Part shown: positions 56,310-64,000 of the stretch, in pieces
How positions within the stretch are numbered: position 1 is the first letter of the stretch
Layout of the letters: every line of letters begins with the position of its first letter
Source: an uncultured virus (IMG/VR IMGVR_UViG_3300024264_000021)
Lineage: Duplodnaviria > Heunggongvirae > Uroviricota > Caudoviricetes
Length of the DNA: 64,000 bases
IMG/VR virus record: IMGVR_UViG_3300024264_000021
Span: 1 to 64,000 of that record
Strand: one strand, 5' to 3'
Translations under genes and position numbers: made by a program
The notes under the pieces: generated by a model
Told to the model about the DNA's origin: nothing
What the model saw: only the letters and a program-made list of their open reading frames with translations
Databases searched by the model: none

Positions 56310-56462
56310 ATGGAAGAACAGGATGAACTAGTGACTATTGATATACCTACCGATACATTCATAGAATTAGCGTTAGAAGCACACAAAAGAGATATAAAAT
56401 TAAATGATTTAATTGTTGAGATTTTAACAGATTATGCTAAAAAAGTTTTAGAAGATAAATAG
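56310..56462 (+). CDS. 50-aa ribbon-helix-helix-like protein (not in the ORF track)
   Basis: MEEQDELVTIDIPTDTFIELALEAHKRDIKLNDLIVEILTDYAKKVLEDK; AAGGA RBS; resembles the upstream gene's C-terminus. Confidence 0.7.
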   Translation: MEEQDELVTIDIPTDTFIELALEAHKRDIKLNDLIVEILTDYAKKVLEDK

Positions 56463-56502
56463 AATATAAACTCTATTACTAAACTTTTTTAACCATTTAA
56501 AA

Positions 56503-57150
56503 ATGTCATCCGATTTTACAAGAGAGCAATTTTATGAATGGTTATCTAAACATGAAGTTAAGATAATTGAAAAACAAAATGAATTAGATATTCATTTAAA
56601 AGCATTTGAGAAAGAAGTACACGAACTCAAAAAACGTGTATTTAATGACGAACATTTAATTAAAGAATTTGATACTTTTTTTTACAAAGTAATTCTTCCT
56701 AAAGTCGGTAGTATTATTGATCGTGAAAAAAATAATCATGAAAAATTACTAGAACATATTCATGATAAAATTAAAGATTTAGATCAAAATACGGTTAAAA
56801 AATCAAATGTTTCAAAATATGTAGGTACGATACTTGGAGTTGTCTTTGCCGGGGGTTTAGGTTCTGTTTGGAATTCGTTATATGATATGCAAACTAAACT
56901 GGATTCCGTGCCATTATTGAAAACCCAAGTATCTGAAATGTTGGTTAATAATAGAAACGTTGAAAAACAATTATTTGTCATGGAAGGCAATGTAGAATCT
57001 ATGAAAGAATCTATAGTTGTCATAGAAGACAAAGTTATGACAGTTTCCAGTAGATTAAATTCCGCAGAAAAAAGCATAGAAACTAATGCTTACAGCATTT
57101 CTGACGTATATTCCAAACTATCTAAAATACTCCCTAAAAACCCTCAATGA
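56503..57150 (+). CDS. Single-pass membrane coiled-coil protein
   Basis: Central hydrophobic YVGTILGVVFAGGLGSVW segment with heptad-rich flanks. Confidence 0.7.
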   Translation: MSSDFTREQFYEWLSKHEVKIIEKQNELDIHLKAFEKEVHELKKRVFNDEHLIKEFDTFFYKVILPKVGSIIDREKNNHEKLLEHIHDKIKDLDQNTVKKSNVSKYVGTILGVVFAGGLGSVWNSLYDMQTKLDSVPLLKTQVSEMLVNNRNVEKQLFVMEGNVESMKESIVVIEDKVMTVSSRLNSAEKSIETNAYSISDVYSKLSKILPKNPQ

Positions 57151-58295
57151 AAAAAATTATACTCACGCTAATCTTTTGTTTAGTGTACGGTTTATTGTAC
57201 GCTGAATTACGTTTAAATACTCGGTCATGGTTGACCACAAGCTATGTAGAAACAACAAAGAATGAACTACCAGAAGAATATGCTAATGTAGAAGTTGGTC
57301 TGCAATTAAATGTAGGTATAACAAAGAATCTTAAATGGAATTCATTGTTTGTTTACGAATCCGCTTATGATGATAACAGACAATTAGATTTCAACTATTC
57401 GTTTGTTCAAGCTGATTATAAGCAAACTGATTTGGGAATAGGATATAGAGTAGGTAGGTTGAGTGTTCCATTTGGTTTTTGGAGTGACACCAAGTTCGCA
57501 CCAGAAAGACCATTTGTACTACAATACTATCCGACAAATATGGTATGGCAAAATACTAGAAAACTTCTAACATCTATAGATGGTCATTCTGTATTTGGTA
57601 GACTTCATGTTGGTGGTGCTTGTCTAGAAGTTGAATACTTGCTAGGTTCAAATACAGATTTAAGACCGAGAGAAGATTACGCACAAGATTTTGTTGGTAT
57701 GGAACCAGTTGCGCAAAATGTTAACTATGGACTTCAAGCAGAATTATATTACAGCAACTTTAGAATACGTGCAATTGAAAGTAGCATCACTTCAGACTTT
57801 GAAACAACGAGAGAATTTTATAGTTTGAACCCTTTAATTCCAGAAGCGGATAAAGTTTATGATGTTGTAGATTTAAATTATATTTACAGATATAATGCTG
57901 GTGAATACTACTTGGGTAATTATATTTTTACATTAGAAAAGATAGATAGATTGCGAGAAGCAAATGGCACAGCAAATGATTTGATGAATAAGTATTATGG
58001 TTTTAAACTTGGACCATCCAAGCAACAATTTTGGAATGCTATGGTTCAATATCGTACCCATAAATATAAATTATGGACTAATTATGGTCATGATTTTATA
58101 GAAGATATTGATGAGGAAACACATAGAGGATTTGGCATATCTTATGACTATCTTGATAAGTTAATTCTAAAAGGACAGTATAGTAATACTCATGGAACTC
58201 ATCAATTAACTTGGAAAGAAAACAATAGAAACACATCAAATAATCTAAAAGAGAATTGGGATACATATGCGGCGTCTATCACTTACGTTTTTTAA
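57147..58295 (+). CDS. Outer-membrane beta-barrel / porin-like protein
   Basis: Signal peptide, amphipathic strands, RVGRLSVPFG motif, C-terminal beta-signal YAASITYVF. Confidence 0.75.
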   Translation: MKKIILTLIFCLVYGLLYAELRLNTRSWLTTSYVETTKNELPEEYANVEVGLQLNVGITKNLKWNSLFVYESAYDDNRQLDFNYSFVQADYKQTDLGIGYRVGRLSVPFGFWSDTKFAPERPFVLQYYPTNMVWQNTRKLLTSIDGHSVFGRLHVGGACLEVEYLLGSNTDLRPREDYAQDFVGMEPVAQNVNYGLQAELYYSNFRIRAIESSITSDFETTREFYSLNPLIPEADKVYDVVDLNYIYRYNAGEYYLGNYIFTLEKIDRLREANGTANDLMNKYYGFKLGPSKQQFWNAMVQYRTHKYKLWTNYGHDFIEDIDEETHRGFGISYDYLDKLILKGQYSNTHGTHQLTWKENNRNTSNNLKENWDTYAASITYVF

Positions 58296-58716
58296 TTTAG
58301 CAGTAGCTTTTTTATTAACAACTACAACTATACAAGCTCAAAATTCTATAGCCGTTCATCCTCAGAATAAACTAACACAAGTTGAGGGTGAAGAACTTAT
58401 GTATTTTTTGGAAGGTAGAACAGATACTATTCAAGGTGTTCAAACAACTTTAGTCATTGTTTTATATGGTAAAGATTCAACTTTATTAGATTCGGTAGTA
58501 CGTGAAATATCCGTTTTACCTCCACATCTTCTTAAAAGAAAAATAGAAGAAAAGATTGCCAGAGGACAACTAGAACAAGTTGAAGTTAAAGCAACAACTA
58601 TGGATTCATATCGTTATGTTTTGGGAAATAGAAATGCAATTGCACTTAGTAATGAAGATACAGCTGGACTAGCTGATATCATTGGACTAAAATTAATTCC
58701 TATACAGGTCAACTAA
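58267..58716 (+). CDS. Small periplasmic binding-protein-like protein
   Basis: Signal peptide ending IQA; IAVHPQN....L..FLEG and V..NRNAI motifs of single-domain phosphate-SBP-like proteins. Confidence 0.6.
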   Translation: MRRLSLTFFNLAVAFLLTTTTIQAQNSIAVHPQNKLTQVEGEELMYFLEGRTDTIQGVQTTLVIVLYGKDSTLLDSVVREISVLPPHLLKRKIEEKIARGQLEQVEVKATTMDSYRYVLGNRNAIALSNEDTAGLADIIGLKLIPIQVN

Positions 58717-58767
58717 TAAACCTGCTAAATATATATAAATTATATTTTAACTTTAATCTAACAGAAC

Positions 58768-58932
58768 ATGAAGTCATTTAAACTATTTTTAGACCAAATC
58801 ACAGAAGCCGCCAAGAAAAAGAAACCAGATTTTCTTGATATAGATAAAGATGGTGATAAAGAAGAATCTATGGAGAAAGCTGCAGATGACAAAGAAGAAG
58901 ATAAAAAAGATGATGATAAAAAAGATAAATGA
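58768..58932 (+). CDS. 54-aa highly charged protein, candidate internal head protein (not in the ORF track)
   Basis: MKSFKLFLDQITEAAKKKKPDFLDIDKDGDKEESMEKAADDK...; ATGA-coupled to the next gene. Confidence 0.75.
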   Translation: MKSFKLFLDQITEAAKKKKPDFLDIDKDGDKEESMEKAADDKEEDKKDDDKKDK

Positions 58933-59141
58933 AACGATACAGTGAATTCTGGGAAGTTATCCTAGAGAAATCCTTATCTAAAAGTCAACAAAGACTAATG
59001 GGTATGGTATACGCCTATAAAAAAGGCCGAATGAAAGATGCTTCTGATGAAGTAAAAAAGATAGCTAAAGGTATGTCTATGAAAGATGCAAAGAAATTTG
59101 CATCTACTAAACATAAAGATTTGCCAGAGTATAAAAAATAA
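58929..59141 (+). CDS. DUF3008-like small basic protein, candidate internal head protein
   Basis: SKSQQRLMGMV.A.KKG...MS.KDAKKFASTKHK.LPE motif. Confidence 0.75.
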   Translation: MKRYSEFWEVILEKSLSKSQQRLMGMVYAYKKGRMKDASDEVKKIAKGMSMKDAKKFASTKHKDLPEYKK

Positions 59142-59275
59142 TACTTGACTTCTTATAATTTATTAGCCGCTTAATTTATATAAAAAAATATCAATGTATT
59201 TTTTATGAGATTGTAATTTTTTATAAATGTTAATCTTCTTTTATAGTTGAAGATTTTTAATTGAAAGGAAATGAC

Positions 59276-59809
59276 ATGTTAAATCCGATTGTTAGTGTTG
59301 TTATGGGAAGTAAAAGTGATTGGGATATCATGAAACCCGCATGTGACACACTCCAAGAATATAATATTCCCCACGAAAAAAAAATTCTATCCGCACATAG
59401 AACACCTTTGAAAATGGCTACATATGCTAAAAATGCTATTCAAAATGGATTTAAAGTAATTATTGCCGGTGCTGGTGGAGCAGCACATTTACCAGGAATG
59501 TTTGCTGCATTAACTACAATTCCTGTAATCGGTGTTCCAGTAAGAACCTCTACTGCTGAAGGATTGGATAGTTTATTATCTATTGTGCAAATGCCAAGAG
59601 GTGTGCCTGTCGCAACAGTAGCGATTAACAATTCTAAAAATGCGGCTCTTTTATCTCTTCAAATATTAGCACTAAACAATACTACACTTCATCAAAAATT
59701 AATTTCCGAAAGAGTAAAGCAAGAAAAAGATATAGACATTATTAATTCTGAATTTAATACTTATTATGAAGATGGAAATGTTACTGTAGTTGATAATAAT
59801 ATATTTTAA
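59276..59809 (+). CDS. purE: N5-CAIR mutase (class I PurE)
   Basis: [30 protein letters not shown] and [19 protein letters not shown] motifs; AAAGGA before the ATG at 59276. Confidence 0.97.
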   Translation: MLNPIVSVVMGSKSDWDIMKPACDTLQEYNIPHEKKILSAHRTPLKMATYAKNAIQNGFKVIIAGAGGAAHLPGMFAALTTIPVIGVPVRTSTAEGLDSLLSIVQMPRGVPVATVAINNSKNAALLSLQILALNNTTLHQKLISERVKQEKDIDIINSEFNTYYEDGNVTVVDNNIF

Positions 59810-59829
59810 TATACATATGAGATTGTAAT

Positions 59830-61197
59830 GTGAGAGTAAAAATTGTAGGAAATGGTGGCAGAGAATCTGCAATAAAATGGAAATTAACAAAACATTGTCA
59901 TGAAATTGTAAATGATTTGCAAGAATTAACTGTCGTAGGTCCTGAAGGACCTATTGCAGATGGTATTGCCGATAGACATGGTTTCATAAGAATAGTTGCG
60001 CCTAGTATGCTTGCGGCTAGATTAGAATCTAGTAAATTGTGGGCCAAACAGTTTATGCAACGATGGGATATACCCACTGCAAGATGGATGACGTATACTA
60101 GAAATCCTGATGGTATGAATCAAGCGTTGCTTGACCTTGATATCATGCGTAATAATCGTTCCCACAAAATTATAAGTATTAAACCACTAGATTTAGAAAA
60201 TCCATATTATCCAGTAGTAATAAAAGAAGATGGACTTTGTGGAGGAAAGGGAGTAGTAATTGCAAGAACTCAAGAAGAAGCTTGGAGGAATATTCCACCT
60301 ATCTTTATTAATAATATTTTTAAATCTTCTTCTAATAAAGTATTATTTGAAGACTATGTATTTGGTTTTGAAGCAAGTTGTTTTGTCATGTCAGACGGAG
60401 ATAGCTATAAAATATTACCATTTTGTAAAGATTATAAAAGAATAAATGATGGTGATGAAGGACCAAATACAGGCGGAATGGGTGCTATTGCTCCACATCC
60501 ACTTGTCACTGATAAAATGAAAAAAAGAATAGAAGATACTATTATAAAACCTACATTAAATGGAATGCGTTTAGAAGGTTGTAGATATAAAGGAATATTA
60601 TATATAGGATTAATGATAAATGAAAATGGTCCTTTTGTCTTAGAATATAATGTTAGATTTGGAGACCCTGAATGTCAAGTACTAATGATGCTTATGAAAG
60701 ATGACTTAGCTCCGTATTTAAAGGCAATTTCTGAAGGAACATTAGATAATTTACCCGACCCAAAATTTCATGAAGGATATGCTATTACAGTTTCTTTATG
60801 TTCACAAGGATATCCTCAAAAATATGAACATGGTTATTGCATTGAAGGTTTAGATAAAATTGATAATAGTGTTCAAGTATTTCACGCGGGAACCGTATTT
60901 GATGAACAATCTCAAAAATACAAAACAAATGGTGGAAGAGTATTAAATGTAACAACATTTGAAAAAACACTTGACAAAGCTAGAGAAAACGTGTATAATG
61001 CAGTGAATAAAATCAATTTTGATAATATGATCTACAGAAAGGACATAGGCAAAAATGAAAAAAGTGGCAATTCAAACAAAGCTTCGGAGTGGAATCAAAG
61101 ACGTAGAAGGGGAAACAATACTGAACTCCGTAGGAAAAGATTTAAAAATCACTCACATTTCCGTAGGGGAGATTTATTATCTAGAAATAGAGAATGA
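59830..61197 (+). CDS. purD: Phosphoribosylamine-glycine ligase
   Basis: GNGGRE, VVGPE.P, LESSK, K.DGL.GGKGV, DYKR..DGDEGPNTGGMGA, EYNVRFGDPE, VFHAGT and YRKDIG motifs. Confidence 0.96.
   Translation: MRVKIVGNGGRESAIKWKLTKHCHEIVNDLQELTVVGPEGPIADGIADRHGFIRIVAPSMLAARLESSKLWAKQFMQRWDIPTARWMTYTRNPDGMNQALLDLDIMRNNRSHKIISIKPLDLENPYYPVVIKEDGLCGGKGVVIARTQEEAWRNIPPIFINNIFKSSSNKVLFEDYVFGFEASCFVMSDGDSYKILPFCKDYKRINDGDEGPNTGGMGAIAPHPLVTDKMKKRIEDTIIKPTLNGMRLEGCRYKGILYIGLMINENGPFVLEYNVRFGDPECQVLMMLMKDDLAPYLKAISEGTLDNLPDPKFHEGYAITVSLCSQGYPQKYEHGYCIEGLDKIDNSVQVFHAGTVFDEQSQKYKTNGGRVLNVTTFEKTLDKARENVYNAVNKINFDNMIYRKDIGKNEKSGNSNKASEWNQRRRRGNNTELRRKRFKNHSHFRRGDLLSRNRE
60971..60999 (+). promoter_or_regulatory. 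Perfect sigma70 consensus inside the purD 3' end, upstream of purS
   Basis: TTGACA-17-TATAAT. Confidence 0.7.
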
Positions 61198-61276
61198 TGC
61201 TGACGTTGATGATATTGCTAAAAAACTTTTTGTAAACGAATTACTCTATGATTATGAAGTAAAATATGTTGACTAA
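61055..61276 (+). CDS. purS: FGAM synthase subunit PurS
   Basis: L..GIKD.EG.TI, V.G..Y.LEI and KLF.N.L..DY pattern; precedes purL-purQ. Confidence 0.85.
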   Translation: MKKVAIQTKLRSGIKDVEGETILNSVGKDLKITHISVGEIYYLEIENDADVDDIAKKLFVNELLYDYEVKYVD

Positions 61277-62858
61277 AGATGAACTAATTGAAATTGAAAA
61301 AAGATTAAATAGAAAACCGAATCATACAGAAGAATCCGTTTTTGATGCAATGTGGAGTGAACATTGCAGTTATAAAACAAGCAAGCCTCATTTACGTAGA
61401 TTATACACAGATAACAAATATGTTTTTTCAAGTCCTGGTGAAAACGCTGGAGTAATTAGTATTGGTGGCACTGATAAAGTCGCATTTAAAATGGAGTCAC
61501 ATAATCACCCAAGTTATATTGAACCATTTCAAGGTGCAGCAACCGGAGTTGGTGGTATTCTACGTGATATCTTTACAATGGGATTTAGACCTATTGCACT
61601 TACCAATAATTTATTTTTCGGAGACCCTGCATTTTCTGATGATAGTAAACGTGTTATGGATGGAGTGATTGCAGGATTAACACACTATGGAAATTGTGTA
61701 GGTGTACCCACTGTCAGTAGTAAAATAAAGTTTAATGAAAGATATGAAAAAAATCCACTAGTAAATGCAATGGCAATTGGTCATACTAGAGAACGTATTA
61801 TAAAAAGTGTAGCCAAAAATCCGGGAAGATTATTATATGTCGGTGCTAAGACAGGAAGAGATGGTATTGGCGGAGCAGTAATGGCAAGTGATAGTTTCAC
61901 AGATGGTGTAGATTTACGCCCTACTGTACAAGTGGGAGATCCATATCTAGAAAAGTTGTTAATAGAAGCCTGTCTTGAACTAGCAAAAACAGAACATGTG
62001 ATTGCCGCACAAGATATGGGAGCAGCAGGACTTACCAGTTCTTCTACTGAAATAGGTATAAAAGGAGGCTCTGCATTATTTAAAGGAACATGTGGTATAG
62101 AATTAAATCTAGATAAAGTTCCGTTAAGAGAAACAGGTATGGAAGCTTGGGAGATTTTACTCAGTGAATCTCAGGAAAGAATGTTGTTTGTTTTGCACGA
62201 TCGGGGAATAGAAGAAGCTAAAGCTATTTTTGATAAATGGGATTTGGATTGTGTAGAAATTGGTCATACAACAGAAGATGGAAATTTTACAGTGTATAAG
62301 GATGGTAATGTTTGTTGTAATTTTCCGCTTAGTGCTTTAGAATATCCAGAAATGGAAAGACCCTGGAAACCAATATTTGAAAGAGAAGAAGCACAGGAGA
62401 ATTATTTTTATAGTTCAGAATTAATTCATTCTCAATATGATAGTGAAGTTCAAGGTAATACAATAAAGGGTATTAGAGATGATGTAGCTATTGTCAGAAT
62501 ACCTAGAAAAGATGCCAGAGGTAAAGATAAACAAATTGCAATTTATACTGATAGCTTTCCATATCAGAGTTATATTAATCCAGACCAAGGAGCAGAGAAT
62601 TGTATAGTTTCAGTTTATGATAAATTAGTTTCTATTGGTGCTAAACCTATAGCATTAACAAATTGTTTGAATTTCGGCAATCCTGAGAACCCTGAGATTA
62701 TGTTTGAGTTTAAAGAAACTATAGATGCAATGGCTAGAATCTGTGAGAAACTGGACTTTCCTGTTGTCAGCGGCAATGTGAGTTTCTATAATGAAACATC
62801 AGGACAAAATATATTACCTACTCCAGTATTTGGAGCAATTGGTTTAATGGAGGATTAA
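61266..62858 (+). CDS. purL: FGAM synthase subunit PurL (short, 530 aa)
   Basis: MWSEHCSYK, ESHNHPS.IEPFQGAATGVGGI.RD, QDMGAAG, LSESQERM, NCLNFGNP and SGNVSFYNET motifs. Confidence 0.96.
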   Translation: MLTKDELIEIEKRLNRKPNHTEESVFDAMWSEHCSYKTSKPHLRRLYTDNKYVFSSPGENAGVISIGGTDKVAFKMESHNHPSYIEPFQGAATGVGGILRDIFTMGFRPIALTNNLFFGDPAFSDDSKRVMDGVIAGLTHYGNCVGVPTVSSKIKFNERYEKNPLVNAMAIGHTRERIIKSVAKNPGRLLYVGAKTGRDGIGGAVMASDSFTDGVDLRPTVQVGDPYLEKLLIEACLELAKTEHVIAAQDMGAAGLTSSSTEIGIKGGSALFKGTCGIELNLDKVPLRETGMEAWEILLSESQERMLFVLHDRGIEEAKAIFDKWDLDCVEIGHTTEDGNFTVYKDGNVCCNFPLSALEYPEMERPWKPIFEREEAQENYFYSSELIHSQYDSEVQGNTIKGIRDDVAIVRIPRKDARGKDKQIAIYTDSFPYQSYINPDQGAENCIVSVYDKLVSIGAKPIALTNCLNFGNPENPEIMFEFKETIDAMARICEKLDFPVVSGNVSFYNETSGQNILPTPVFGAIGLMED

Positions 62859-63475
62859 TGTATAAGGTTGGAGTTGTTATATTTCCTGGTTCCAATTGTG
62901 AGCAAGAAACTATTAGATTTTTAAAGACTTATAAGGAATTCCAAGTATCTACAATTTGGCACAAAGAAAGTTCTGTTCCAAAATTAGATATGTATGTTTT
63001 ACCAGGTGGATTTAGTTATGGAGATTATTTACGTGCCGGTATTCTTGCAAGTTTAAGTCCAGCAATGAATGATATTGAAAAATATGCCAATGATGGTAGA
63101 AAAGTTTTAGGAATATGTAATGGATTTCAGATTCTATGTGAGAGAAAGATATTAACCGGCACACTGAGAAAAAATAATACTTTAAAATTCATATGCAAAG
63201 AAGTTGAATTATATGATAATCATCTAAAAAACATTACTGTACCAATTGCACATGGAGACGGACAGTTTTATTGTAATAAAAATGATCATTTTAATTTTGA
63301 AGTAGCTTGGCGCTACAAACCACTCAATCCAAACGGAAGTCTACATGCTATAGCTGGCATATACAACAATAAAGGTAATGTTCTTGGATTAATGCCTCAT
63401 CCAGAACGTGCTTTTGAAAGTCATCACAAAAGTAAAGATGGTTATATAATAATAGATAAATTCTTATTAAGGTAA
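62858..63475 (+). CDS. purQ: FGAM synthase glutaminase subunit PurQ
   Basis: FPGSNC, PGGFSYGDYLRAG, GICNGFQ, PIAHGDG, NPNGS and MPHPER motifs. Confidence 0.97.
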   Translation: MYKVGVVIFPGSNCEQETIRFLKTYKEFQVSTIWHKESSVPKLDMYVLPGGFSYGDYLRAGILASLSPAMNDIEKYANDGRKVLGICNGFQILCERKILTGTLRKNNTLKFICKEVELYDNHLKNITVPIAHGDGQFYCNKNDHFNFEVAWRYKPLNPNGSLHAIAGIYNNKGNVLGLMPHPERAFESHHKSKDGYIIIDKFLLR

Positions 63476-63477
63476 TT

Positions 63478-64000
63478 ATGAATTATAAAGATGCTGGAGT
63501 TGATGTAAATTTGGCAAATAATCTTGTAGATAAAATAAAAACTTATTCAGACCAAATTGGTAAATTTTCAGCTACGTGTGTTCTTCCGCAATGGTCAAAT
63601 GGTAGTCTTGTTATGAGTTGTGATGGGGTAGGTACAAAAGTATTACTTGCAAAATATGCTAAAGAAGTTTATCAACGTCCAATGAATTCAATTGGAGAAG
63701 ATTGTGTAGCTATGGTAATGAATGATATTTTATGTGAAAATGCAGAACCTCTTTTTTTTATGGATTATTTTGCAACAGGTGAGTTAAATGAATCTTTTTA
63801 TCTGGAAGTAATAGCAGGTATAGATAGTGCTTGTAAAAATATAAATGTAAAATTAGTAGGAGGTGAAACTGCTGAATTACCAGAAATGTTTAAAACAAAT
63901 AAAAACTTTGATGTTTGTGGATTTGGAGTAGGTACAAAATTAGATGAAAATACAAAGAAAATTAAAAAGAATGATATTTTAATTGGACTTTATAGTACCG
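63478..64000 (+). CDS. purM: AIR synthetase, 3'-truncated by the window edge (not in the ORF track)
   Basis: Hand translation gives MNYKDAGVD, DGVGTK, IG.DCVAM..NDILC..AEPLFFMDYFATG, LVGGETAELP and FDVCGF. Confidence 0.95.
   Translation, partial: MNYKDAGVDVNLANNLVDKIKTYSDQIGKFSATCVLPQWSNGSLVMSCDGVGTKVLLAKYAKEVYQRPMNSIGEDCVAMVMNDILCENAEPLFFMDYFATGELNESFYLEVIAGIDSACKNINVKLVGGETAELPEMFKTNKNFDVCGFGVGTKLDENTKKIKKNDILIGLYST

Overview
An AT-rich 64-kb segment of a large T4-like myophage that infects a Gram-negative bacterium. The motif content suggests an aquatic or marine phage (inference). It carries baseplate genes (gp25, gp6, a very large gp7, gp8) and a repeat-containing fibre gene. It also has the T4-type replication/recombination core (regA, gp62, gp44, dsbA, gp45, gp46, gp47, gp55, uvsW, uvsY), gp3, three canonical tRNAs and many metabolic genes (phoH, pyrD-like, speD-like, dut, def, guaC, and a purE-purD-purS-purL-purQ-purM cluster running off the right edge). 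Most unusual signals: (1) the 2661-aa gp7 contains an intein-like Hint domain, then a T10 / U-UUU-UUA slippery site with a GC-rich, apparently dual-coding stretch ending in a -1-frame double stop, then about nine 92-aa repeats, suggesting frameshift- and cleavage-generated baseplate isoforms; (2) an 87-nt CCA-ended tRNA-like RNA with no D-arm, a UAU anticodon loop and a long variable arm; (3) five genes sharing an N-terminal T4-type capsid-targeting/prohead-protease motif, i.e. candidate injected proteins; (4) a phage-borne membrane protein + porin + periplasmic protein module. All calls come from reading motifs by eye; no database searches were run.
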